DNA of 64,000 nucleotides from Macrostomum lignano (lineage: Eukaryota): assembly GCA_002269645.1 (NCBI GenBank), contig NIVC01000260.1, positions 679,857 to 743,856 on the forward strand. Direction: 5' to 3'. This document shows, piece by piece, positions 1-12,556 of this stretch. The translations under genes were made by a program, and so were the position numbers. Below the pieces are notes generated by a model, which was not told the origin of the DNA, did no database searches, and saw only the letters and a list, made by a program, of their open reading frames with translations. Numbering within the stretch: the first letter of the stretch is position 1; each line of letters starts with the position of its first letter.

Positions 1-1130
1 TAGCAATCTGTGTTTCCGTTTTTAATTTTTGACGAGGCTTAGTTACCAGGCTGTATTATGTGTGACGAATAAAGGCGGGAAGACGGTTTGTGTAGCGGTG
101 ATATACAAATAATAAAATAAATACATACGAGGCGACAAAAACAAAGCACTTAACAGTAACATAAGCGCGATAATTAATACGTATAGAATATTGTTAAAAT
201 AAATTAAAGAATACAAGTAGTACGGTATGAATGCGAGATAAGGAAATACGGTACACATATACACATAAAGGGTACACACTTCTACGAACTACACACTGTC
301 ACATATGTTTGCCCACTCGTATGTGTCACAAGGGACCACTTTAGTATAACAGGACGTAAACAACTAGTCTTTTGTGTAGTAGTCCTTGGACGTAAAACTC
401 AAAGATCGTGTAAATTTTTTAATCGATTTCCTGAAAAAATACAGTGGGGAGAAAGGGAAAAATCATTTTTCATTAGAAAATCAATGATTGCATTTGATCT
501 GGCGCATGTGAATATTACCATAATTACTTTAATTTAGCATGCACGTCAACATGTTACACTGTTATATTTTATATAGTTTTTATGCAATGGAAGTTTCACT
601 TTTCACAGAAATATTGATTTCTTTTTATTTCATATATTTAGCCCCAGAAAAATCGAAGTTAGTCAACAGACGTATGACGTCACGTTTTCTAACGAAGATT
701 TCATATAATGTATCAATAGAAGCAGATAGTAGTACGGATATAGGTCGCATTTAATTGACGCGCATTTATCCTTTAGCTCTACCATCTGCTCATTCTCATT
801 GTCATTTGTCAGCTCCTACAGTATTAACTACCATCTCTTCAGCTGGAGTGCTTGTCAGTTACAATGTATTCAGTTTTGCAGTAGACTGACATCTCACTTT
901 CCTCAATAGCTGCTTCTTTCCGGTACCAATCTAGCGATGAACGTTTGAACAGCTGCCTGGCAGGCATGTACATGTGTATGTATGCTTCATACGCGGTTTT
1001 CACAGCAACTAAAAATTTGCTACAGAATTCTTCCAGGGCTTTTGTTTGACAGTAGCAGTGTGTTTCTCAGCTTTCTCAGCATATTGGCAGGATTGTGATT
1101 ATATGGGCTAAATAGTCATCGGGAGTCACT

Positions 1131-1196
1131 ACTTGACCCAGTCGGCGCTCGTCTCGATCTCCGCCTCCACCTGAGCTTCGGTGAACAGCAGCAGGC
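1131..1196 (-). pseudogene. Orphan 66-bp 3' fragment of the C-type lectin-PAN gene family (LLLFTEAQVEAEIETSADWVK*)
   Basis: Nearly identical (one difference seen by eye) to 2242-2307 of the intact copy; no upstream lectin sequence adjoins it. Confidence 0.85.
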
Positions 1197-1318
1197 TATA
1201 TATATAGCATCATGTATGTTTCATATGCTTATGTAGACGGCGTTTACAAATTTTTTTTTCTAATAAAACCATTGTAAGTATTTACATCGTAGATTGTACA
1301 ACGCCCAATTGCTGACGT

Positions 1319-1515
1319 CGTCACGAGCTTGCCTGGGCTGCCTTTCGTTTTGTTGATGCCTTTCGTTTCCCGCAGCCTGACGCTCTACTTGACCTCGTGA
1401 GGACGGCGTTGTAACTTGGAAGCTGAGGAGGCGCACTCTTGGCCTGCTGCCTTCAAGATCGGTGACGACCAACACGGGCCTCTATCGTCGGGCCAAGTTG
1501 TGATTGAGTCAGGGA
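1319..1515 (+). mobile_element. Internally deleted RTE-like LINE fragment
   Basis: Reads RHELAWAAFR, compare RRGIAWAAFH in the RTE fragment at 49270-49600, and shares the 18-mer CCTTCAAGATCGGTGACG (1450-1467 vs 49315-49332 on minus). Confidence 0.5.
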
Positions 1516-2227
1516 TGTGTATAGAAAGCGAACGTACATTAAAGCGATACCATTACTCAGCAAAGTATTTGTCATAGTTCAATGCTACTATACCCGTTCA
1601 ATAACTGCCAATAGAACAAGGAATAAAACCATTACATTACTTTATTTATACTTTATTTATTTACTTTACTTTATTTAACCAGGTGGCATCGAGAATCTCT
1701 CCATCATTGCCAGCAACCAGCCACTCACCGAGTGCCTATCAGAGAAAAACAATTCAGTCACGTCAAATTATTGCCAAAGTCGTTAGTTAAATAAAGAATA
1801 TTACGCAAATTTTAGCAGCCGAAATTCTTTATTCTTGCTCTTCAAGGCATGACTGCATTAATTTTGAGTAATAGCGTCCATTTACCACAGAAAATGAAAC
1901 GTTTATTATGAAACAAAAAATATTTTTAGAATAATAATCAGAACAGTAATAAAAATATAAGGATGCTGGTTCCAACCTCCAGATTTGAGTTCCAAAATAT
2001 AGGTCGCTATATGCTAGTAGACACATACCGGGATACTGGTACATGCACTTATAACTGATGACTATCCGACTATGACTATGTAGATTAAATATTGGCCTAA
2101 AACTAAAGATCTGTCTTCATCACATTTACCACAATTTTATCCAAAGCTTCTGACGTTTTGCGTCATATACAAGCATAAAAGTTAGCATTGTAGGAGTCCT
2201 TAAATAATTGTACTATCCAAGATGTGC

Positions 2228-2947
2228 TCAGTGCACGCTGAACTTGACCCAGTCGGCGCTCGTCTCGATCTCCGCCTCCACCTGAGCGTCGGTGAACAGC
2301 AGCAGGCGGCAGGCTCTCAGCTTGCTGTTGTACAGCATGTGTCTGCAGCTGGCCGCACGCATGCCGGCTGCAGTGCACCTCATGGCGCTGCTCACATTCG
2401 GCACATCGCTGAAGCAGTACACAGAGTGGTGCAGCTCTCGCTTGAAGTCAGCGGCCTTCCAAACTCCGGTAGCAGGGTGCCGGGCTGTCTCACTCACAAA
2501 CTCGCACACGAAGCCGAGAACAGAGTGGCACCTTTTGTCACCAAGAGTGACATCCCTCCTGATGCGCAGGCAGTTTTCTCCTGTTGAGCCAGTAGGATTG
2601 TATGATAAGTACATGGAGTTGTCATCCGGGAGCAGGCCGTTGCCGTTGACCCTCTGCCAGCCGGCCCTGCTGCCGCCTCTCTCATCGGCCAGGTCGCTCA
2701 CTCCGATCCACAGGTCGCAGCCGCAGTTGGCACTGGAAATATTTCGACCGAGTAGCAGCTTGATGGAGTCGTGCGAGTTGACGAGCTCGCCTCCGATAGA
2801 TTTGCACTGCTCATTTGCTGAGCACCAGGTGCGGCTCTGAACTGTGCTCACGAATAGGCACTTGCCGGCCTCGAGGTGGAACGGAGCGGGGCACGGCTGA
2901 GCTGAAGCCCAGAGCAGTTGAGCACTTAAAATCAGAAGCACTTGCAT
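2228..2947 (-). CDS. Secreted C-type lectin domain + C-terminal degenerate PAN/apple-like domain protein (copy A, 239 aa, intronless)
   Basis: Signal peptide; long-form CTLD cysteine spacing (CPAPF..C..W..A..C); WIGVSD motif; C..C-x7-C core; C-terminal YC..C..SCRHxLYN..CRLL module; four close paralogues in the window. Confidence 0.9.
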   Translation of the reverse strand: MQVLLILSAQLLWASAQPCPAPFHLEAGKCLFVSTVQSRTWCSANEQCKSIGGELVNSHDSIKLLLGRNISSANCGCDLWIGVSDLADERGGSRAGWQRVNGNGLLPDDNSMYLSYNPTGSTGENCLRIRRDVTLGDKRCHSVLGFVCEFVSETARHPATGVWKAADFKRELHHSVYCFSDVPNVSSAMRCTAAGMRAASCRHMLYNSKLRACRLLLFTDAQVEAEIETSADWVKFSVH

Positions 2948-3670
2948 TATATTGTCGCTAAATGTTGAGCACAGACAAAGAGCACGCAGTTACCAAAAAA
3001 ACTCTTCCATCGTAGACAGTCGGGAATTTACGAGTATCTGATTTGCGACCAGTCCGTCCGCGTTGCTATGGCATAAAAGTTTTGTTACATCAGCCTTTTA
3101 AAAGCCACTTACAGGTGAGTAAGCAGAAGCCAGCGAACAAATAAATTCCTACGCAAATATCGATGCTTGCAAAACAAGTAAAGACGCTCAAAGCGCTTTT
3201 CTTCCTTTTTATTTACCTTTCTGTTGTTGCTAAAGCTCTCAGTGCATTTGTCATGAAGAGAATGCGATTCTGCAGTACTCCGTGAGCTGTCTAGCAGTCC
3301 TAAAGAGTTGATCATTTTCTGTTGATTTTTATATGTATGAAAAAACTGAAACTTAAATACCCAGTCGACGAGTTTCCAATAGTCTGGCTGGTCTGGATGT
3401 CTAGTGTCTACTGTTTTTTTTTTGTTTAAGCTCGCCATTGACAGCCCTTGGTTTCTACAGTTTAGCAATGGTTCACCAGCACTTTTTTGCGTAATCCCTG
3501 AGCAGATGACCCCTAATCTCCGAGCACTTCTGCAGTCGTCTCTAAGCAGTTTTCACCGATCCAACTGAGACCAAAACAACTCCAAAGTTATATGGCATAT
3601 TTTTCAAAAAATTAAAACCATTTCAATTGTTTCCAACTTTGTAATTTAAGTTTGCTTTACCGTCTTCTTA

Positions 3671-3920
3671 GGTTGTGCGAGTTATACTAGTGGTTAGAGC
3701 GTCGGACTCAACAACTTGAAGGTCGAGGGTTCGATTCCCGACTCCACTGGAACAATTTGCGTCCTTGAGCAAGACACTTAACTCTGCATTGCTTCATTTC
3801 ACCCATTAGCTGGGGTTATTGAGGGTGTGTGTGGCGACTCGACATATTCTATTCCAGTTTAAACAACTTTAAATTTCTCCATCCTGCGTCGTAACTCTGG
3901 CACGACTCCCTCCAGTACGC
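3671..3920 (+). mobile_element. tRNA-derived SINE with a CORE/V/Deu-like central box
   Basis: A-box-like TAGTGGTTAGAGCG and B-box GGGTTCGATTCCC, followed by TCCTTGAGCAAGACACTTAAC (resembles the conserved central box of CORE/V/Deu SINEs); runs into a (GACA)n tract. Confidence 0.65.
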
Positions 3921-4000
<80 letters not shown>

Positions 4001-4049
4001 CACAGACAGACAGATAGACAGACAGACAGACATACTGAAGGACAGACAC

Positions 4050-4100
<51 letters not shown>

Positions 4101-4101
4101 G
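3921..4101 (+). repeat. (GACA)n microsatellite
   Basis: Direct reading; one short interruption near 4030. Confidence 0.97.
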
Positions 4102-4842
4102 TTATACGCAGATACATGTAAGATGGACTGACTGCAAAAACCGACATGGAAATATTCGCAGCCTTTATTGCTAAAATTTGAGCGAATGCTATTAATCCTG
4201 GAGCGGAAAACCCTGGTCAGGCTGCATGAAAATAGGCAGCTGAAACCGGAGCTTAAATGTCAATATATGAACCTGAAATAAGTTAATAACATTCGCATTG
4301 TACGAGCGTATTTCTCCCATCAGTCCATCTGCATAGACAAACAAATCGCCTTCGGAATTCTGAGCAGGCAAGCAGGACCGCCCCAGTTCAGCTCTAAATG
4401 CAAATGGAAAACTGAGCATGCTGCTCACTCACTCTACGTGCCTTGGGAGGTTGGACGCCATTGGCCGAAAGCAGGCACGGCAATCTTCAGTTTTTTATTT
4501 TCTTTCAGACACTTTTTACTAGTAGTTATTATCAATTCTCAGAAAAACAAGCCAAGCAGTTCGCAGATCAAGTGAAGCAAAAGCTTCTGAAACTTGCTTG
4601 CTTGTGGGAGCACCAGAATTTACTAGTAACTCCTCAAGCTGCGACAGACCTCGAATTGAATTGTTGAACTTCCGGTCTTAAACTATTGAACGATGTTCAG
4701 GCATCAGCTTTGTGAGTAGTAGCGTTTACAGGCAATCTGCAAATGTACAGTAACTCTGACTGTCAAATTTATATTGAACAGCTTGCGAATAAGTTTAGCC
4801 ACACAGAAATATTACTGAACAAGCCCATCAACACTGCAGGTG

Positions 4843-5373
4843 ATGATGGGGCACACAAAGGCTGTTCAGTTTCTAATTGTCTGTGCGCTTGTTTTTCTGC
4901 TCGGCTCGCATCTGTACAGTCTGGCATCGGGATCTGGAATAAAATATAGCCCTAGCAACATCCGGGTCTCGAAATCTAAAGCGTTTGGGGCCTCTTCGAT
5001 AATTGTCAAAGCGACTGGCTCCCAAACCTCTGGTGTCAGAGCGACTGGCTCCCAAGCCTCTGGTGTCAGAGCGACTGGCTCCCAAGCCTCTGGTGTCAGA
5101 GCGACTGGCTCCCAAGCCTCTGGTGTCAGAGCGACTGGCTCCCAAGCCTCTGGTGTCAGAGCGACTGGCTCCCAAGCCTCTGGTGTCAAAGCTTCTGCAA
5201 ACCACACCTTTGCCAACAAAGCCTCACTAAAGGCCGCTGAAAGCTCCCAAATCACCCAATTTCCAAAAGCCGCCCAGACCGCAGCAGCGGACAGTCCTTT
5301 ACGATCAGGCGTCCCAACAAAGCGAGCAACGCAAAAAACGACCTGCTTCAAAGTGAAATTTTTGCAAAAGGCG
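4843..5373 (+). CDS. 5' coding exon of a type II membrane protein (TM anchor + 10-aa repeat stem), probably the FkbM-like methyltransferase below
   Basis: ATG after a CTGCAG acceptor; hydrophobic FLIVCALVFLLG; (RATGSQASGV) x6 stem; donor GCG|GTGAGT at 5373 (phase 0). Confidence 0.6.
5008..5190 (+). repeat. 30-bp coding tandem repeat (AGAGCGACTGGCTCCCAAGCCTCTGGTGTC) x6
   Basis: Direct reading. Confidence 0.95.
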
Positions 5374-5737
5374 GTGAGTTTCAGGTGGTGCGTTACTCGT
5401 GGCGAGGACCAATAGACTTTAAAATATGATCGTATTGGTGAAAATATTTAATAGGAACACGTCGTGCTCAAGCGACTCAAAGCTCTTTCATTTCAAAGTG
5501 AAGATTTTCAAAAAGCTTCATGGCTTGCGAGCAGCTTTAAAAGAGCTCCACTTGAAAGATCCATGCTTTTTTAAATTGCAAACTACGAGGTAAACCAGCT
5601 GGCTATGTTGTGGCTAGACACCACAAATTAGGGGTCGAGAGACTTTTTTACGTCAGCGAGCCTGATTGCAATCTTCACAAGGACAACCCAAGTAACATAT
5701 ACAGGACGCAACACTCGAAATCGATGGTAAATGTTTT

Positions 5738-5970
5738 GAAGGCAACTTTTCGCCGAAAAATACACTAGAGAGATGGGAGGTTTTAATTTTCTTCTGCACA
5801 AAAATTGTTATTGCTTTCGATAGGAGGCAGATCCAGTGTTTATCTTTTGATATGTTGTGCCTTTCTTATTGCTCTATCGATATTTATAGAGCTTTTTGTT
5901 CAGAAATAGTTTTAAAGGCAGGTTTCACCGGAAAAATACACTACGGAGATAGGAATTTCACGATTTTCAA
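5738..5970 (+). repeat. Dispersed repeat (second copy at 41761-41925), probable non-autonomous TE fragment
   Basis: Shared AAAATTGTTATTGCTTT.GATAGGAGGCA.ATCCAGTGTT.ATCTTTTGATA.GTTGTGCCTTTCTTATTGCTCTATCGATATT; partial tandem duplication of the head here. Confidence 0.7.
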
Positions 5971-6531
5971 CACTAAAACAGTGATTGGGTCTCTCAACAG
6001 TGTCAGAGAAAGTTCTAATCACACTATTTTGTCCCTCACATGCTGCTCTAACGACGCATTAATCGATTTTTCATGTTAAATTGGTCTGTTCACTTGAAAA
6101 AACGTTTAAAATAATGACAAGACCTGAGATGAATGTCCTTGTATCTTCATAGCAGCATAACCCTGCTCAAGTGAGCTGAAATCTTGCCAATAAAACCGCT
6201 CGAAGCCAGCTCACTCGTCGCGAATGGGCGTTGACACCTTCCGGCTGTATCCGGATGCCCGTAGCACCCTGCGACTGAGTTAAGTCAGTTTTTTTAAGCT
6301 GGCTTTTCTCTGAAAGGTAAAAACATTTTGAAGACGATTAGGTAATTCTTTTGTAGTTCAGCTGTTAGTTACGCATCTCTGTTTTAAACGCATTCAAAAC
6401 AACTCTCGACACAAAGTCAGATTTTGGTGCACAAAGCTTTCAAGCGTAGAAATTCGATCAGATGTGCATCAAGAGTGCACGCGTACCCTTCAGACACCCC
6501 CCTCACCGCAATTCAATTTTGAATTCTGCAG

Positions 6532-7028
6532 CACTCCATCCGCCTCTTCGCCTCGGTGGCAGCGAACGGCTTTCAGGACAGAGTGCGGGTGTACTGGAAC
6601 GCCCTTGATCTGAAGAGCAACCTCAAGATGAACATGCTCCTGCCCAGCGATTGTAACATTGGAGGTGGCGGCCTCGCGAGCAAAGGCGACTCCAGGATAG
6701 CTGATTCGATCGACGTGCGAACGGCTGCTTCTCCGGCGTTAGCGAGCTCGTTGTGAAGGTCGACATGGAATCTCAGGAGTGGCTGGTCAAAGCTACCGGT
6801 GCCAAAGTCTTCAAGCGCTTCAAAGTGTCCGTGCTCATGATGGAGTGGGTGGGCACGCAGCGACACCACTCGGATAAAGCTCCCGGCATCATCGACTTCT
6901 ACAAGTCCCACGGCCTGCGGCCGCATACCCTGAATGGCAACCGGTTGGTGCGACTGGGCGAGGACTTTAAGTCGTGGCCGTGGGACATCTTCTGGGCAAC
7001 GAAGGAGTTCGCAGCCAAGAAAATCTGA
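6532..7028 (+). pseudogene. FkbM-family (Methyltransf_21-like) methyltransferase, C-terminal exon with a frameshift near 6720-6750
   Basis: Acceptor TGCAG|CAC. Frame 1: RLFASVAANGFQDRVRVYWNALD..NIGGG. Next frame: VVKVDMESQEWLV..VLMMEW..WPWDIFW, matching the FkbM KxDxEGxE..E pattern. The SAM-binding DxGAN motif was not found. Confidence 0.65.
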
Positions 7029-7386
7029 AGGTCCTTCTTTGAATGCTCGAACTCTTTGCATTACTATTTTTTACATTGGCTGTTATAGAATATCAACTAA
7101 TACTCATAAAATCTACTTTAGTAAGTGTACTGACTCAGACTACACTTACTAAAGTGAGTGAGTGAGTAATTACTGACTAACAATCTGCGCAATGATCAAT
7201 TCTAAATTGCTCAATCTTCAATTCTCAAATAAAATCGGTTATGGCGTAATTAATTTCTCAGTGAGCCAGTATCGTCTCCAATAAAGTTTAGACTTATTAA
7301 CCTTACATGTAGGATCACCCAAATCTAAAACATAAAAGAATCATAAACCATAAAAACGTCATGTCAAACATAAAGAACCGTCATGT

Positions 7387-7495
7387 CAGTAGTACATGAA
7401 ACTCAGTAGTATATGAAACTCAGTAGTATATGAAACTCAGTAGTATATGAAACTCAGTAGTATATGAAACTCAGTAGTATATGAAACTCAGTAGT
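7387..7495 (+). repeat. 17-bp minisatellite (CAGTAGTATATGAAACT) x6
   Basis: Direct reading. Confidence 0.95.
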
Positions 7496-8096
7496 AGTTA
7501 GGGCATTATTATATTTAAGTTTTATACAAAGACTATTTTACACAAATTAACAAAATTAGCAAGTTTACAAATATTCAGACAGCATTCTTACGTCGCAGAA
7601 CAAAATGACAGGAGTGTCCTCCGTCACACAGGCAGCTCAAAACTTCGTCTGCAGTAGAAGCGATGGAACCGAGTCCCCATTCACAAACACTGCACCAATA
7701 CTGCTCAAGTTTGCATGCTCTCAAGTTACGCGGATTTGTGTCCATGTTACCAGTCGTTGAATGCTTTGTTGCTTACGATTGCCAACAAGTAAAGACATGG
7801 TGACACCACTAGGAAACAAATTTTTGTGCGTGTGACCAGACGATCCTCGGGTATAGTACTGTAAATGTACAAAGGCATTTGCATTAAACTTGCATTGCAT
7901 TGTGAATTGTGAATTTTTAGTCCATGAAGACATTTGCAGGGCACCTGGCGTGAAATCAGGTGATATTTTTCGACATGACATTCTAGATGATTATTCCATC
8001 TTAGCTACTGTTAATAGTCACTGAATTTATAATTTAGTCCTCAGGCTCTAAACAAAGGAGAGCCAATAGGATATGGTGAAAAGAATTGCTAGCAGT

Positions 8097-8803
8097 ATGA
8101 ATCAGAGCTTTGTGCCCTCTGGTATTGCTGCTTCTGGGCTGCTTGAGCAGTTGCGAGTTGCTGTTGGTGCGGACCCAGTCCTGCCCCAGCCCATTCAGCA
8201 TCGAGTTTGGCCAATGCCGTGTTCTTGAGCACAGAGAATCGGCGATGCGCATCGATCGGTGGCGAGCTGCTCAACTCGCACAGCTAGCTGGCTCTGCTAC
8301 TGCCGACACTCGCCTGCGACTGCTGGGTCTGGCTCGGAGTGTCCGACCTGGCCGATGAGCGAAACACGAGCAGGTCTGACTGGCAGCTGGCCAGTTTCAA
8401 CGGCATCCTGCCGCTGGACAATTCGCTGTGGGCATCGGCTGAGCCTGATAACCAAGACGGCAACCAGGACTGCGTTGCTGTGTTGTCTTCTTCAAGTTCT
8501 GAATCTGGCTGGGTTAGTCTGAGAGTTTGTCGATAAAGCAACACTGAGGTCTCCGTCAGGCCAACTGTGGCAGCGGACTCCGTTCAAGCGCAGCGTAACC
8601 CCAGCTCCGAGTTCTGCCACGCTGACCTGCTGCAGGTGAAGAACGCAATGCACTGCGTGACAGCTGGCATGCGTGCGGCCAGCTGCAGACACGTGCTGTA
8701 CAACAGCAAGCTGAGAGCCTGCCGCCTGCTGCTGTTCACCGACGCTCAGGTGGAGGCGGATATCGAGACGAGCGCCGACTGGGTCAAGTTCGGCTTGCAC
8801 TGA
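8097..8803 (+). pseudogene. C-type lectin-PAN pseudogene (copy B)
   Basis: Homologous to copy E. It has a ~25-bp frameshifting deletion in the TWCSAN region, an in-frame TAG, a TAA after VCR and loss of the FACEF segment. The 3' third is nearly identical to copy E. It has EPD at the sugar-binding motif position. Confidence 0.88.
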
Positions 8804-10189
8804 GCAGTCATGAGTCACTTCTGAGTACTGATGGCTGATCTCAGCAATGAAGGACACAGGAAATTTTAAAAAGCAAATTGATAAACAATTGATATCTGAG
8901 TTAGTAGTGGAGCAGTGCCTGATCTTCTTAATTTATTGTTTGTAGGCTAAGGTCAATCATTTACGAGTGCTTAAGAGCTGAGACAGTATCCGTTGGCGAA
9001 GCCTGTTTTTAAAGGTCTGAATCTTCGTTGGAGTAAAACGCATTTTTCATTGCTTTTTGTAAGGCCGTTTCAGTCATCTGGACGCTCTGATATGCCAGCG
9101 GCCCAGGCTCGATTCACGAATTGGAAGAATTGCAAAGCTTAGCAAGCATCTGTTCATCAGCGATTCAATATTTATCCGACTCTTGCTTCAATATCCACCA
9201 AGCAATGCAGTTGTCTTTCCAGTGTAAATACCCGCGAATAGCCGACGAACATGTCTGGGTCTGGTCTACGCTCGTAGTGCTTGTCAGGACTGGCCTTTCC
9301 GGAACAAAATGGTCAAAGCTTTGATGTTCCACTCTAAATGTTAGCAGCTCACAGAGAAAAGGAAGAACAATCTGAATCTTTTAAAATACCAAAAAAGAAG
9401 AGAAAATCATAGCAGTTTTTGCTGCTCTACTTTGGCTGCTCAAACAACGCAGCGATGCCTCAGTCAGGAATGTCCTTTCTATGATTTGACCATGAAAGAT
9501 GTGATTCGAGAGAAAAGGGCCAAATGTATTTTGAATGAAGCTGCTACATCTCGGACTGTTTTTTATACCTTCGATTCACTGCCGAGCAGCATTTTGCCAA
9601 GCAATACTTACCAAGAGGAGTTCAACTCCCACTTTGCACTGCTACAGCCCGAATACCTATGCCTGTGTGAGACAGCTTAATGGTTAGAGTTGGGCTGACA
9701 TTTTTCCTATTCAAAAAGTGGCTAATACATTTTGCTCCCCTCATGAACAGTCAGATATAAGCAATACGAGCTATACTTATTGCTCCTCGATTGCAGCTGC
9801 TCCTTATTTGAACAAGGCTAAGCATTGCAGATGAGAAACGCTAGCAGCTAGCTTCTTGAGACGAGAAATGCTTGTGTAAAACTAACAATCAACAGGTGCG
9901 ATAGTTTAGTGTGGTTATTGGAGGCTGAAGAGAGAGTTTGAAATACTTTGCAAAAAGAAAAATAGCAAACTAGACTTTCTCCAATTGCAGCCGCTGGTGA
10001 TATCATGCAAGAATAAAGGAGGATGAAGCATAATTAAACAAACAATGTGTTGAATGCGATCGCACATAAGGTTTGAGATATATCGCACATAAGTACTGAT
10101 TATTTTACTCATTGATTCAAATGATACGATTTCCCGCAGTTCACTTGACACTAATAGATTTAGACAGCAATTCGTAACACTAATAAGCA

Positions 10190-11620
10190 CTGATTGACAC
10201 CCCCATTCCGCTGGCCCCTGGCGACCAAGGACTTCAATCAAAGCGATGTCGCTCAGGGGAACCCGACGGCCTCGCCTGCAGCGCGGTTCTCCTCACCGGC
10301 GATGAGGAAGATCTCAGCTCGTCCCGTGTCCCCGAGGTACCGGGCGAGCAACGGGATGCTTTCGGGCCTGCAAACGTCGGGGAGAACCAGGGTTTCGGGC
10401 CGAGGTGAGTGAGCAGATAAAGTTTCATTGCCTGAGCGGCAGAAAGGGCACCAGCCTCAGGTACCTGGCCTTGAAGGAAGCGGTGGCGAGAGAAGCAGCC
10501 ATGCCCTGAGAGGGAAATGCAAACTGCTCTGAGGTCTCTGCGGTCAAGCCTAAGGAGGGCTCTGCGCAGGAGGGGAGAGGGACATCCCGGCAGCACGGGA
10601 TTGCCTGCAATTCCGGGTGTCGTGCCACCTGCGGAGAGGCTCGGAATCAGCCCAGCGCTTAACGCGAGAGTTGATCACCGAGGCGGGGATGGGGTCCCTG
10701 GGCCCCGGCCCCAGCAACGCGCCGGCGGAGCCAGCCTTGGCCAGCAAGTCAGCGCGCTCGTTGCCGAGGAAACCAGCGTGACCCGGGATCCATCTGAGCC
10801 CCATCTGATTGCCAAGCGCCAGCCCATTGAACTGGGCATTGTAGTCCAGGACAGATTTTGGGTTGGTGGTGCTGCGGCAGAGGGCCCGAAGGGCTGCTTG
10901 GCTGTCAGAGTGAAAAATCTTTGATGTTCCGCTGAGCGCTGAGCTGCCTTCGGCGCAGCTCTGCCGAACAGGAGCTGGCTCAGGAGAAGGGCGGCTGGGA
11001 TCGACTCCATGAGAATGTTGAGCCCGCCACACTCCTCGAGAGTCTTAAGGCAGAGGTCAGAGTGCGGGATAAGGGACCGTTTCTTAAAGACCCGCACCTT
11101 TTTTAACGCCTTCCCGACATACAGAAGGCGCCGGGTGCTCTTCACCCGCTTCTTCTTTGATATAAATATCCAGAGGAGGGGCACAGAGGAAGGCATTCAT
11201 GCACTCAAAAGGAGCAGAGGGTGGAGCGCCCATAGTCATTTGGCAGGCTCTGCCCTGGATTTTGTAGAGAGCGTCGAGGTTACTCTTGACCCTCAGGCGG
11301 CTAGCCCAACTTGAGAATGAGATCACGAAAGGTCGCTGCAAAGCAACTCATGACCATGTTCCAGAGACCGGGGTATGAACCCCGCCCTGAGGGCCCCTTT
11401 TCTGGACAGGCGAAGTTTGACAGTGCGGTTCCGGGCCATGAACATCATCCACAAGGTGAGGGTGAGTGGCTTTGGAATCCAGTGCTCTGCCAAAGGCCTC
11501 AAAGATGACATTCAGATAAGAAACTTCTCTCGGTCGCGGATAAGAACCGAGCCATCAGGTCTCTTCACCACAGAGAGTTTAGAAAACGCGGTCCGTTCGT
11601 GAGAGCCTTTACCACGCAGG
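10190..11620 (-). mobile_element. Degenerate 3' part of an RNase H-containing non-LTR retrotransposon (LOA/R1/I group)
   Basis: RNase H motifs HSDSQAALRAL and WIPGHAGFLGNERADLLAKAG, then GPGPRDPIP; C-terminal GHGCFSRH..C..C zinc-knuckle region; RT-thumb remnant LYKIQGRAC..GAPPSAP; several frameshifts. Confidence 0.88.
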
Positions 11621-12556
11621 CTACGGGAAGGAGAGGAGAGGGGAGAGGAGAGATCGGAGAGTGATAGAGACAAGGATGGAGACAGTGTTTCGAATTCGAA
11701 GAGTTGTTGATTTGATTTAATAGCCAGAGAAATTTACTTGAGCTGCAGGATTTTCAGCCCACTACGAGTAAAATGGACGCATTGCCAATCCAAATAGCAT
11801 TGTAGACAAACAGCAGCCCACTGACGGATGTGTGTTGACCGTCAATATGCTAGAGTTTAAACCCTGCTGTGGACTCTGGCGTCGACCTGAAACTGCGATA
11901 GACTTGATCGGCTTTAAAAAAAGTCAATAAAAATAAAACTTCATGCTTGGATGCATTAGGTAGTCAAATAAATGTAAAATCAAACCTATTAACAGCGGCT
12001 TATTGACATTGCACACGCAACTCTCTTCCAGAGCTCAGTTCCAGAGCAATTAAGATAGTTTTCCAGCGTTGCCATCCAAAATATCGAAATAAAATGAATG
12101 CAGCAAAGTCGAGAGAAGCAGAAAGCATCGTCACCTGAATTTACCAGACATCACTGCAGTGGAATCGCTAGCGACTTACAGACAGGAAAGCAACGAACAA
12201 CAGAGAAGGCAAGAATTAATGAGATACATGATTTTCAGTTTAAAGCGTAATCATAAACAACTGTCTAAGGACTCTGCACTCGTAATTTTGAGGTTTCTTT
12301 GCATTTATCAATATCTCACCCTCTCTCCATCCGACTGGCAAGAGGGTTATCTATAACATAATCCACATACGTCAGCCGAACGTATATGTAGGTGAATATA
12401 AAAATACCCCTTTGTCAGTCGTAAAGTTGCCGGGGGTTGCCGCTCTCGAAGATACTTTTTCACAAAAATTTTCTCGAAAAAAGGACGCTTACTTGGCTAG
12501 AAATTCTGCAGTTTGAAATTGCTGATTCAGTGCTATCAAATTCAATGCTCAACCTG

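Noticed and set aside
3062-3075. X-box-like GTTGCTATGGCATA upstream of lectin copy A
   Set aside because: A single imperfect match, not seen upstream of the other copies.
3671-3750. Functional tRNA gene
   Set aside because: A and B boxes are present, but I could not build a convincing cloverleaf, and it continues into a SINE-type body.
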